Shown here piece after piece: positions 1 through 12,100 of a stretch of 64,000 nucleotides of DNA. The stretch lies in NCBI GenBank assembly GCA_964016885.1, contig OZ024741.1, positions 339,326,001-339,390,000 of the forward strand, read 5' to 3'. The stretch comes from Eledone cirrhosa (taxonomy: Eukaryota). The stretch's first letter is position 1. Every line of letters begins with the position of its first letter. The notes under the pieces are model-generated. The model worked only from the letters and a program-made list of their open reading frames with translations, did not search any database and was not told the DNA's origin. The position numbers were made by a program, and so were the translations under genes.

Positions 1-480
1 GTGGGGGTGAGGGTAGTGGTGGGGTGTTGATGATGAGGGTGGCAGTGGTGGTGTGGGAGGTGGTGATGATGGTGGGGGTGAGGGTAGTGGTGGGGTGTTG
101 ATGATGAGGGTGGCAGTGGTGGTGTGGGAGGTGGTGATGATGGTGGGGGTGAGGGTAGTGGTGGGGTGTTGATGATGAGGGTGGCAGTGGTGGTGTGGGA
201 GGTGGTGATGATGGTGGGGGTGAGGGTAGTGGTGGGGTGTTGATGATGAGGGTGGCAGTGGTGGTGTGGGAGGTGGTGATGATGGTGGGGGTGAGGGTAG
301 TGGTGGGGTGTTGATGATGAGGGTGGCAGTGGTGGTGTGGGAGGTGGTGATGATGGTGGGGGGTGAGGGTAGTGGTGGGGTGTTGATGATGAGGGTGGCG
401 GTAATGGTGTGGGAGGTGGTGATGGTGGTGGCGGTCAGGGTAGTGGTGGGGGTGTTGATGATGAGGGTGGCGGTGGTGTT
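1..480. repeat. G-rich 71-bp minisatellite (about 6.5 copies, runs off window start)
   Basis: Unit GTGGGGGTGAGGGTAGTGGTGGGGTGTTGATGATGAGGG... restarts at 1, 72, 143, 214, 285, 356 and then degenerates. Confidence 0.9.
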
Positions 481-1267
481 GGTGTGAGTGATGATGGTGG
501 TGGTGATGGTGGTGATGGTGGTGGTGGTGGTGTGGGTGGTGGTGGGGATGACGGTAGTGGCGGCAGTGATTATGAGGGTGGTGATGATGGTGGTGGTGGT
601 GTTAGTGTGGGTGATGACGACGATGATAATGATGATGATGGTGGTGATGTGGATGCCTGTGGTATGCGTGGTGAGGGTGGGGGCGGTGTAGGTGGTGATG
701 ATGAGAGTGCTGGTGATGGTGATGAGGGTGGTGATGGTGATGAGGATGCTGGTGATGGTGATGAGGATGAGGGTGATGGTGATGAGGGTGGTGATGGTGA
801 GGATGGGGGTGGTGGTGATGAGGGTGGTGATGCGATGAGGGTGGTGGTGATGGTGGAGTGGATTTTGATAAAGAAAATGTTGATGATTTTAATGATGATA
901 ATGATAGTGATGGCAGTGGTGATGATGATGAGGAGGTTGAAGATGATGAGGAGGATGATGTGAAGATGAGAAGGATGTTGTGGCTCAAGATGACAATGAT
1001 GATAAAGAGAATGGTGATGATGATGATGATAATGAATAGATGCTGATGATGAGGAAGGGATGATGATTAATAATGAGGAAAAGATGATGATGATGATAAT
1101 GAGGAAGTGACGAGGAAGAAGAGATAATGATGAAGAGGAGGAAGAGATAATGATGAAGAAATGGTGATGATGAGGAAGGAACGATGAGGAAGACTTGATA
1201 ATGATGGGGATGATGATGATGATGGTGGTGATGGTGGTGGTGATGATGATGATGATGGTGGTGGTGA

Positions 1268-1299
<32 letters not shown>

Positions 1300-1402
1300 A
1301 TGATGATGATGATGATGATGGTGGTGATGATGATGATGATGATGGTGGTGGTGATGATGATGATGATGATGGTGGTGGTGATGATGATGATGATGGTGGT
1401 GG

Positions 1403-1470
<68 letters not shown>

Positions 1471-1550
1471 TTAGTGATGAGGGGGAGGAGAAGAAAGATG
1501 ATGATGTATATGCTGTTGATGACAATGATGACAACAAAGATAATGATTTA
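481..1550. repeat. (GAT)n/(GGT)n trinucleotide low-complexity tract
   Basis: Mixed GAT/GGT/GAG triplets with long pure (GAT)n near 1403-1470. Confidence 0.9.
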
Positions 1551-1559
1551 TCTAATATG

Positions 1560-1613
<54 letters not shown>

Positions 1614-1718
1614 GTATACATTCATATATATAAATAAATATATGTATATGTGTGCGTGTATACACATCCATATATATATATGTACACATTCATATATATA
1701 TGTATGTATAATTAATAT

Positions 1719-1777
<59 letters not shown>

Positions 1778-1885
1778 CATAAATACATATATATATACAT
1801 ATATAATGTATGTATATATATGTAATGTGCGCCAATGTTGTATGTATGTGTTTGAGTGTGTGTATGTATGTATAATTTATATATA

Positions 1886-1929
<44 letters not shown>

Positions 1930-2316
1930 GTATATATAATATATGTATATATAATATATATATATATAATATATGTATATATAATGTGTGATAATGTAAT
2001 ATTATATGTACAATAGATATGCACTGTTAGAAAGAGGTCCATTATTATTGCATCTGTAATTTTATCTAATTTTCATATCATTCACATTCTTTACTGATAC
2101 TTCAAGAGATCTGAAGCAATTTCTGCACAACTTTACTGTGTATGTATGTGTGTATGTACCTGTGTGTGTATGTATGTGTGTGTGTACATGTGTGTGTGCG
2201 TATATATGTGTGCGCATGTGTATATATATCTATCAATTTATCTATGCATCCATCAATCTCTCTCTATATATATGTATATCTATATATATCTATCTATATC
2301 TATATAGATATATGTG

Positions 2317-2349
<33 letters not shown>

Positions 2350-2566
2350 CACACACACACATATATATGCACATAAACACACAAACACACAAATATATGT
2401 ATGCCCACACATACAGACACACACATATATATATATATATATATATTACACACGCACGCACACATATAGCTAGTAGGGAAAGCAGACTTTAAAATGACAA
2501 TGATGATGATGATGGTATATATACATATATATATCTATGTATATGTCCATCTGTCTGTCTCTATAG

Positions 2567-2600
<34 letters not shown>

Positions 2601-2650
2601 GTCTCTGTTTGTCTCTGTCTGTCTGTCTGCCTGTCTGTCTATACACACAA
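1551..2650. repeat. Compound (TA)n/(CA)n/(TATG)n/(CTAT)n microsatellites
   Basis: Directly visible di- and tetranucleotide runs. Confidence 0.9.
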
Positions 2651-2791
2651 CACCAGTGTAGAAGAAAAAGAGTGCTCAATACATCATACATAGATGTAGA
2701 GTATATATATTTATAGTTTAGCAGTTAATAGTCTCCCACAGTCATTATTCAAGACATGCACCTAAACTTTCAGAATACCGTATTGTACATA

Positions 2792-3275
2792 TGCGGGTCG
2801 GCTGAAGAAGTCGTAGGCTGACCGAGATATTCTCATGGAATGTGACCAAACGAGGTTTATTTTTCAACATAGTCCCTCTTGCAGTCCACACACTTCTTTC
2901 ATCGGTGTCGCAGTGCTTGGATCCCATTGGTGAAGAAGCTTTCATCCTGTTGGTTAAAAATGTCAGCCATCAACAGCAGATATGACATCATCATCACTAT
3001 GATACTGGTTCCCAGTCAAGTATTTTTTCATGTTGGGGAACGGATGCTAGTCAGATGGGGTCAAATCAGGGAAGTGATCAACCAGTTCAAAGCCCCACAG
3101 TCATCCACAGCCTCCATTGAAACCAAGGACCCGTGTGCTGGAGCATTGACCTGATGAAACACGATCTTTTTCATCAGTTTTCTCGGGTGTTTGGTCTTGG
3201 TAGCCTTTTGTAACCACCTCAACAAGCTGGCATAATACTCTCCATTGATTGTAAGGCTCTTTTGCATCCCCAAAA
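2792..3275 (-). mobile_element. Mariner transposon remnant (C-terminal transposase pseudogene plus right TIR)
   Basis: Minus-strand peptides TINGEYYASLLR..LQKA.KTK.P.KL.K.I.FHQVNAPAH (mariner HQDNAPAH motif) and, after frameshifts, FFTNGIQALRHR*KKCVDCKRDYVEK*; the end matches the TIR of the MITE at 60342 and abuts TA. Confidence 0.85.
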
Positions 3276-3337
3276 CTGAAACTGTAAATTAAATAACCTT
3301 CACCTTCTTTAGAACATGTGATGATGATGATATTGGT

Positions 3338-3563
3338 AATGGTTTCTTATATAGGCACAAGGCCAGCAATTTTGTTTTGGGGGGGGAGGGGAAAGTCGAT
3401 TAAATCGACACCAGTACATGACTGGTACTTTATTTTATCGACCTCGTAAGGATGAAAGGCAAAGTTAACCTCGGCGGGATTTGAACTCAGAATGGTAAGG
3501 GCCGTAACTCTATGCTGCAAGGTTTGGAGTCCGACCCTCTACCAATACTGCCAATCCACCGCC
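3338..3563 (-). mobile_element. tRNA-derived SINE, family A (Nin/Deu-like central domain)
   Basis: Reverse strand GGCGGTGGATTGGCAGTATTGGTAGAG...GAGTTCAAATC (B box) followed by CTTTGCCTTTCATCCTTACGAGGTCGATAAAATAAAGTACCAG; second copy at 34848. Confidence 0.8.
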
Positions 3564-3569
3564 CTTATC

Positions 3570-4414
3570 ATGATATTGATAATATTGGTGATGAAAAACA
3601 AAGATAAATATGATAGTAATGATGTTGAAAGTAGTGCTGATGGTATTGATGATGGATAACAAGAATAGATATGATAGTATTGATGATGATAATGATTGTG
3701 GTGGTGGTGGTGGTGGTGGTGGTTATATTGATGATGATGGTAATGATTGTGATGGTGGTGGTAGCAGCAACAATAGTGATAGTGGTGGTGGTGGGGATGG
3801 TGATAGTCATGATCATGATGATAATATTGATCATGATGATGGTGATTTTAATAACCATGGTGATGATGTTGATGGTAATGATTGTGATGATGATGGTTAT
3901 TTTGATAGTAGTGACAATGATGATGGTGGTGGTGGTGGTGGTGGTGGTGATTTTAATAGCCATGATGATGATGATGATGATGATGTTAATGATTGTGATG
4001 ATGATGGTTATTTTGATAGTCATGACAATGATGATGGTGGTGGTGGTGGTGATGGTGATTTTAATAGCCATGATGATGATGATGTTAATGATTGTGATGA
4101 TGATGGTTATTTCGATAGTCATGACAATGATGATGGTGGTGGTGATTTTAATAGCCATGATGATGATGATGTTAATGATTGTGATGATGATGGTTATTTC
4201 GATAGTCATGACAATGATGGTGGTGGTGGTGGTGGTGATTTTAATAGCCATGATGATGATGATGTTAATGATTGTGATGATGATGGTTATTTTGATAGTC
4301 ATGACAATGATGATGGTGGTGGTGGTGGTGGTGGTGGTGATGGTGATTTTAATAGCCATAATGATGATGATGATGATGATTGTGATGATGATGGTTATTT
4401 TGATAGTCATGACA

Positions 4415-4459
<45 letters not shown>

Positions 4460-4480
4460 ATGACAATGACCACAATGACA
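3570..4480. repeat. GAT/GGT-derived minisatellite with variable unit of about 80-100 bp
   Basis: GATTGTGATGATGATGGTTATTTTGATAGTCATGACAATGATGATGGTGGT...GATTTTAATAGCCATGATG repeated about 6 times with variable triplet counts. Confidence 0.85.
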
Positions 4481-4970
4481 AGGAATATATATCATAATTG
4501 ACATTTATGTCTTAACATAAAAATGGTTTTTATTTCTTGAGGAAATTTCTTCTTTTACCATTCCTCACTGTTTACGATTTCTGGAAATGTTCAAATTTTT
4601 CTTTTATTTTCTCACAATTTTCTTCTCTTTAATTCTATTTTCCACTTCTGGTTTCAACTTTTGCAATCGTGCATAGAACCTAAAATTCTTCTGACATTTC
4701 AAAGACATTCATTTTTATTTTTCTCCCCTTATTTTTCTTTAAAAAATAATTCCATTATTTGAAAATATATATATGTATGAGTGTGTATGTGTGAGAGCAT
4801 GTGTGTATGTGTGCGTGTGTGTGTGTGCGTGTATTTATATATATATACATATCTGTGTATCTGCATATTTATATAAATGTATATATATGTGTCTGTATAT
4901 ATGTTTGTGTATATGTATATATTGTATAATTATATATATATATATAAATATGGACATAAAATGGTTATGA

Positions 4971-5043
<73 letters not shown>

Positions 5044-5388
5044 TACAATAACACATATATATACAACACATATATAAATGAACATAAAATGGTTATGATG
5101 ATGATGACATATATATATATGTGTGTATATAACAATAGATCTATTTTATACTATTTGCATATCAAAAAATATATTTTATATTTTGATATTTTAAATATCT
5201 CTTCTTGGGAAGATGGCCAAGACAGTGCAGAGCTGAATTATATATCTCTCCTTGGGTAAGGGCTTGAGACAGTATGTATGTGTATGGTTTCATAGCTGCT
5301 TACATTGACAAAAGTGTGCTGTGTTCACATACAGTGAAGGAACAGATCCTCGCTCCAGGTAGGAACATAGCTAATTTCTTCCAGAGAA

Positions 5389-5437
<49 letters not shown>

Positions 5438-5439
<2 letters not shown>

Positions 5440-5600
5440 CAATTGACACCACTACTAGACTACTACTTTTATTAACTTCGAAAGGATGAAAGGCAAAGTT
5501 GATCATGACAGGATTTGAACTCAGAGTGTAGAAAAAAAGCCAGAACAAATATAACCAAGCCTTATATCTGATGTTTTAATGACTCTACTAATTTACTGCA
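5438..5600 (-). mobile_element. Degenerate SINE family A fragment
   Basis: GAAAGGATGAAAGGCAAAGTTGA...GATTTGAACTCAGA matches the copy at 3338-3563. Confidence 0.6.
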
Positions 5601-5778
5601 CATTCTGAGATATTGATGATGATAATGATTGTGATGGTGGTGGTGGTGGTGGTGGTGGTGGTGGTTATATTGATGTTGATGGTAATGATTGTGATGGTGG
5701 TGGTAACAGCTGAATTAAATAACTTTATTTGGGTAGAGGGCTAAGACACTAGAGAACGGAATTAGCAAATATGTTGTC

Positions 5779-5989
5779 TTAATCCTTTAGCATTTGAACT
5801 GGCCATATTCGGCCAGAATTTTCTCACCTCTTTCAGTTCAAACCGGCTGGAATTAACCACTCATACTGAAGTTAAGGTATTGTTCTCAAAATAAGTAATA
5901 TCAAAATTTCATAGATTCTATATTATGTGAGATAAAGCCTTTACTAGGAAAGTACAATAGTATGTATAGGGTAATGTAAATGCTAAAGG
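5779..5989. mobile_element. piggyBac-type MITE
   Basis: Starts TTAA-TCCTTTAGCATTT and ends AAATGCTAAAGG (inverted termini); homologous in reverse orientation to 23327-23540. Confidence 0.65.
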
Positions 5990-6172
5990 CCCTGGATGAT
6001 ATGGAGGTGTGCTCACCGATGTGAAAGATGCCAAGCACTGGTTTGCATTGTGGTCCAAGAGGATAGAATGAAGAAGGTGTTGCCCTGGATGGTGGTGAAG
6101 GAGATGTGTTGAAATAGCCATTCCAATTCATTGGGCTCACTCTGGTGGCTGGTCAACTCCATAGTGTTGGTG
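5990..6172 (-). mobile_element. Decayed CRE-clade non-LTR retrotransposon 3' end (RLE domain tail)
   Basis: ELTSHQSEPNELEWLFQHISFTTIQGNTFFILS aligns with ELASRRCEPRELEWLFQHVSLAVLRGNAFSILS at 52770-52865. Confidence 0.7.
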
Positions 6173-6199
6173 GTGCAGCTGTTGGTGGTGCAGCTGTTG

Positions 6200-9100
6200 G
6201 TGGTAGCAGTGGTCTCTGTGGCAGTGGTCACTGTGGCAGTGGTCTCTGTGGCAGTGGTCTCTGTGGTAATGGTCTCTGAGGTAGAGGTCTCTGTGGCAGT
6301 GGTCTCTGTGGCAGAGGTCTCTGTGGCAGTGGTCTCTGTGGCAGTGGTCTCTGTGGCAGAGGTCTCTATGGCAGTGGTCTCTGTGGCAGTGGTCTCTGTG
6401 GCAGTGGTCTCTGTGGTAATGGTCTCTGAGGTAGAGGTCTCTGTGGCTGTGGTCTCTGTGGCAGTGATCTCTGTGGCAGTGGTCTCTGTGGCAGTGGTCT
6501 CTGTGGTAGTGGTCTCTGAGATAGAGGTCTCTGAGGTAGAGGTCTCTCTGGTAGTGGTCTCTGTGGCAGTGGTCTCTGTGGCAGTGGTCTCTGTGGTAGT
6601 GGTCTCTGTGGCAGTGGTCTCTGTGGCAGAGGTCTCTATGGCAGTGGTCTCTGTGGCAGTGGTCTCTGTGGCAGTGGTCTCTGTGGCAGAGGTCTCTGAG
6701 GTAGAGGTCTCTGTGGCAGTGGTCTCTGTGGCAGTGGTCTCTGTGGCAGTGGTCTCTGTGGTAGAGGTCTCTGTGGCAGTGCTCTCTGTGGTAATGGTCT
6801 CTGAGGTAGAGGTCTCTGTGGCAGTGGTTTCTGTGGTAATGGTCTCTGAGGTAGAGGTCTCTGTGGCAGTGGTCTCTGTGGCAGTGGTCTCTGAGGTAGA
6901 GGTCTCTGAGGTAGTGGTCTCTGTGGTAGTGGTCTCTGTGGCAGTGGTCTCTGAGGCAGAGGTCTCTATGGCAGTGGTCTCTGTGGCAGTGGTCTCTGTG
7001 GCAGTGGTCTCTGTGGCAGAGGTCTCTGAGGTAGAGGTCTCTGTGGCAGTGGTCTCTGTGGCAGTGGTCTCTGTGGCAGTGGTCTCTGTGGTAGAGGTCT
7101 CTGTGGCAGTGCTCTCTGTGGTAATGGTCTCTGAGGTAGAGGTCTCTGTGGCAGTGGTTTCTGTGGTAATGGTCTCTGAGGTAGAGGTCTCTGTGGCAGT
7201 GGTCTCTGTGGCAGTGGTCTCTGAGGTAGAGGTCTCTGAGGTAGTGGTCTCTGTGGTAGTGGTCTCTGTGGCAGTGGTCTCTGAGGCAGAGGTCTCTGTG
7301 GTAGCGGTCTCTGTGGCAGTGGTCTCTGTGGAAGTGGTCTCTGTGGCAGTGGTCTCTGTGGTAGTGGTCTCTGTGGCAGTGGTCTCTGTGGTAATGGTCT
7401 CTGAGGTAGAGGTCTCTGTGGCAGTGGTTTCTGTGGTAATGGTCTCTGAGATAGAGGTCTCTGTGGTAGTGGTCTCTGTGGTAGTGGTCTCTGTGGCAGT
7501 GGTCTCTGTGGTAGTGGTCTCTGAGATAGAGGTCTCTGTGGCAGTGGTCTCTGTGGCCGTGGTCTCTGTGGCAGTGGTCTCTGTGGCAGTGGTCTCTGTG
7601 GCAGTGGTCTCTGTGGTAGTGGTCTCTGTGGCAGTGGTCTCTATGGCAGTGGTCTCTGTGGCAGTGGTCTCTGTGGCAGTGGTCTCTGTGGCAGTGGTCT
7701 CTGTGGCAGTGGTCTCTGTGGCAGTGGTCTCTGTGGTAGTGGTCTCTGTGGCAGTGGTCTCTATGGCAGTGGTCTCTGTGGCAGTGGTCTCTGTGGCAGT
7801 GGTCTCTGTGGCAGTGGTCTCTGTGGCAGTGGTCTCTGTGGCAGTGGTCTCTGTGGTAGTGGTCTCTGTGGCAGTGGTCTCTATGGCAGTGGTCTCTGTG
7901 GCAGTGGTCTCTGTGGCAGTGGTCTCTGTGGCAGTGGTCTCTGTGGCAGTGGTCTCTGTGGTAGTGGTCTCTGTGGCAGTGGTCTCTATGGCAGTGGTCT
8001 CTGTGGCAGTGGTCTCTGTGGCAGTGGTCTCTGTGGCAGTGGTCTCTGTGGCAGTGGTCTCTGTGGCAGTGGTCTCTGTGGTAGTGGTCTCTGTGGCAGT
8101 GGTCTCTATGGCAGTGGTCTCTGTGGCAGTGGTCTCTGTGGCAGTGGTCTCTGTGGCAGTGGTCTCTGTGGTAGTGGTCCCTGTGGCAGTGGTCTCTGTG
8201 GCAGTGGTCTCTGAGATAGATCTCTCTGTGGTAGTGGTCTCTGTGGCAGTGGTCTCTGTGGTAGAGGTCTCTGTGGCAGTGGTCTCTATGGCAGTGGTCT
8301 CTGTGGTAGTGGTCTCTGTGGCAGTGGTCTCTGTGGCAGTGGTCTCTGTGGTAGTGGTCTCTGAGAAAGAGGTCTCTGTGGTAGTGGTCTCTGTGGTAGT
8401 GGTCTCTGTGGCAGTGGTCTCTGTGGTAGTGGTCTCTGAGATAGAGGTCTCTGTGGCAGTGGTCTCTGTGGCAGTGGTCTCTGTGGCAGTGGTCTCTGTG
8501 GTAGTGGTCTCTGAGATAGAGGTCTCTGTGGCAGTGGTCTCTGTGGCAGTGGTCTCTGTGGCAGTGGTCTCTGTGGTAGTGGTCTCTGAGATAGAGGTCT
8601 CTGAGGTAGAGGTCTCTCTGGTAGTGGTCTCTGTGGTAGTGGTCTCTGAGGTAGAGGTCTCTGAGGTAGAGGTCTCTCTGGTAGTGGTCTCTGTGGTAGT
8701 GGTCTCTGAGATAGAGGTCTCTGAGGTAGAGGTCTCTGTGGCAGTGGTCTCTGTGGTAGTGGTCTCTGAGATAGAGGTCTCTGAGGTAGAGGTCTCTGTG
8801 GCAGTGGTCTCTGTGGTAGAGGTCTCTGAGTTAGAGGACTCTGTGGCAGTGGTTTCTGAGGTAGAGGTCTCTGTGGCAGTGGTCTCTGTGGCAGTGGTCT
8901 CTGTAGCAGTGGTCTCTGTGGCAGTGGTCTCTGTGGTAGTGGTCTCTGTGGTAGTGGTCTCTGTGGTAGTGGTCTCTGAGATAGAGGTCTCTGTGGCAGT
9001 GGTCTCTGTGGCAGTGGTCTATGTGGCAGTGGTCTCTGTGGCAGTGGTCTCTGTGGCAGTGGTCTCTGTGGTAGTGGTCTCTGTTGCAGTGGTCTCTGTG

Positions 9101-12100
9101 GCAGTGGTCTCTGTGGTAGTGGTCTCTGAGGTAGAGGTCTCTGTGGCAGTGGTCTCTGTGGCAGTGGTCTCTGTGGCAGTGGTCTCTGTGGTAGTGGTCT
9201 CTGAGGTAGAGGTCTCTGTGGCAGTGGTCTCTGTGGCAGTGGTCTCTGTGGCAGTGGTCTCTGTGGCAGTGGTCTCCGTGGCAGAGGTCTCTGTGGTAGT
9301 GGTCTCTGAGGTAGAGGTCTCTGAGGTAGAGGTCTCTCTGGTAGTGGTCTCTGTGGTAGTGGTCTCTGAGGTAGAGGTCTCTGAGGTAGAGGTCTCTGTG
9401 GCAGTGGTTTCTGAGGTAGAGGTCTCTGTGGTAGAGGTCTCTGTGGCAGTGGTCTCTGTGGTAGTGGTCTCTGTGGTAGTAGTCTCTGTGGCAGTGGTCT
9501 CTGTGGCAGTGGTCTCTGTGGCAGTGGTCTCTGTGGCAGTGGTCTCTGTGGCAGTGGTCTCTGTGGCAGTGGTCTCTGTGGTAGTGGTCTCTGTGGTAGT
9601 GGTCTCTGTGGTAGTGGTCTCTGTGGCAGTGGTCTCTGTGGTAGTGGTCTCTGTGGCAGTGGTCTCTGTGGCAGTGGTCTCTGTGGCAGTGGTCTCTGTA
9701 GTAGTGGTCTCTGTGGTAGTGGTCTCTGTGGTAGTGGTCTCTGAGATAGAGGTGTCTGTGGCAGTGGTCTCTGTGGCAGTGGTCTATGTGGCAGTGGTCT
9801 CTGTGGCAGTGGTCTCTGTGGCAGTGGTCTCTGTGGCAGTGGTCTCTGTGGTAGTGGTCTCTGAGATAGAGGTCTCTGTGGCAGTGGTCTCTGTGGCAGT
9901 GGTCTCTGTGGCAGTGGTCTCTGTGGTAGTGGTCTCTGAGATAGAGGTCTCTGAGGTAGAGGTCTCTCTGGTAGTGGTCTCTGTGGTAGTGGTCTCTGAG
10001 GTAGAGGTCTCTGAGGTAGAGGTCTCTCTGGTAGTGGTCTCTGTGGTAGTGGTCTCTGAGATAGAGGTCTCTGAGGTAGAGGTCTCTGTGGCAGTGGTCT
10101 CTGTGGTAGTGGTCTCTGAGATAGAGGTCTCTGAGGTAGAGGTCTCTGTGGCAGTGGTCTCTGTGGTAGAGGTCTCTGAGTTAGAGGTCTCTGTGGCAGT
10201 GGTTTCTGAGGTAGAGGTCTCTGTGGCAGTGGTCTCTGTGGCAGTGGTCTCTGTAGCAGTGGTCTCTGTGGCAGTGGTCTCTGTGGTAGTGGTCTCTGTG
10301 GTAGTGGTCTCTGTGGTAGTGGTCTCTGAGATAGAGGTCTCTGTGGCAGTGGTCTCTGTGGCAGTGGTCTCTGTGGCAGTGGTCTCTGTGGCAGTGGTCT
10401 CTGTGGCAGTGGTCTCTGTGGTAGTGGTCTCTGTTGCAGTGGTCTCTGTGGCAGTGGTCTCTGTGGTAGTGGTCTCTGAGGTAGAGGTCTCTGTGGCAGT
10501 GGTCTCTGTGGCAGTGGTCTCTGTGGCAGTGGTCTCTGTGGTAGTGGTCTCTGAGGTAGAGGTCTCTGTGGCAGTGGTCTCTGTGGCAGTGGTCTCTGTG
10601 GCAGTGGTCTCTGTGGCAGTGGTCTCCGTGGCAGAGGTCTCTGTGGTAGTGGTCTCTGAGGTAGAGGTCTCTGAGGTAGAGGTCTCTCTGGTAGTGCTCT
10701 CTGTGGTAGTGGTCTCTGAGGTAGAGGTCTCTGAGGTAGAGGTCTCTGTGGCAGTGGTTTCTGAGGTAGAGGTCTCTGTGGTAGAGGTCTCTGTGGCAGT
10801 GGTCTCTGTGGTAGTGGTCTCTGTGGTAGTAGTCTCTGTGGCAGTGGTCTCTGTGGCAGTGGTCTCTGTGGCAGTGGTCTCTGTGGCAGTGGTCTCTGTG
10901 GCAGTGGTCTCTGTGGCAGTGGTCTCTGTGGTAGTGGTCTCTGTGGTAGTGGTCTCTGTGGTAGTGGTCTCTGTGGCAGTGGTCTCTGTGGTAGTGGTCT
11001 CTGTGGCAGTGGTCTCTGTGGCAGTGGTCTCTGTGGCAGTGGTCTCTGTGGTAGTGGTCTCTGTGGTAGTGGTCTCTATGGTAGTGGTCTCTGAGATAGA
11101 GGTGTCTGTGGCAGTGGTCTCTGTGGCAGTGGTCTATGTGGCAGTGGTCTCTGTGGCAGTGGTCTCTGTGGCAGTGGTCTCTGTGGCAGTGGTCTCTGTG
11201 GTAGTGGTCTCTGTTGCAGTGGTCTCTGTGGCAGTGGTCTCTGTGGTAGTGGTCTCTGAGGTAGAGGTCTCTGTGGCAGTGGTTTCTGTGGCAGTGGTCT
11301 CTGTGGCAGTGGTCTCTGTGGAAGTGGTCTCTGTGGTAGTGGTCTCTGAGGTAGAGGTCTCTGTAGCAGTGGTCTCTGTGGCAGTGGTCTCTGTGGTAGT
11401 GGTCTCTGAGGTAGAGGTCTCTGAGGTAGTGGTCTCTGTGGCAGTGGTCTCTGTGGCAGTGGTCTCTGTGGTAGTGGTCTCTGTGGCAGTGGTCTCTGAG
11501 ATAGAGGTCTCTGTGGTAGTGGTCTCTGTGGCAGTGGTCTCTGTGGCAGTGGTCTCTGTGGTAGTGGTCTCTGTGGTAGTGGTCTCTGAGGCAGTGGTCT
11601 CTGAGATAGAGGTCTCTGAGGTAGTGGTCTCTGTGGCAGTGGTCTCTGTGGCAGTGGTCTCTGTGGTAGTGGTCTCTGCTATAGTGGTCTCTGTGGCAGT
11701 GGTCTCTGTGGTAGTGGTCTCTGAGATAGAGGTCTCTGAGGTAGAGGTCTCTGAGATAGAGGTCCCTGAGGTAGTGGTCTCTGTGGTAGTGGTCTCTGTG
11801 GCAGTGGTCTCTGTGGTAGTGGTCTCTGTGGTAGTGGTCTCTGTGGCAGTGGTCTCTGAGATAGAGGTCTCTGAGGTAGTGGTCTCTGTGGCAGTGGTCT
11901 CTGTGGCAGTGGTCTCTGAGGTAGAGGTCTCTGAGGTAGTGGTCTCTGTGGCAGTGGTCTCTGTGGCAGTGGTCTCTGTGGTAGAGGTCTCTGTGGCAGT
12001 GGTCTCTGTGGCAGTGGTCTCTGTGGCAGTGGTCTCTGTGGCAGTGGTCTCTGTGGCAGAGGTCTCTGAAGTAAAGGTCTCTGTGGCAGTGGTCTCTGAG

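Noticed and set aside
3610-4497. Asp/Gly-rich 295-aa ORF resembling a biomineralisation protein (also 409-963)
   Set aside because: Triplet-derived repeat open in several frames; no signal peptide or convincing splice sites; part is locally duplicated at 5610-5710
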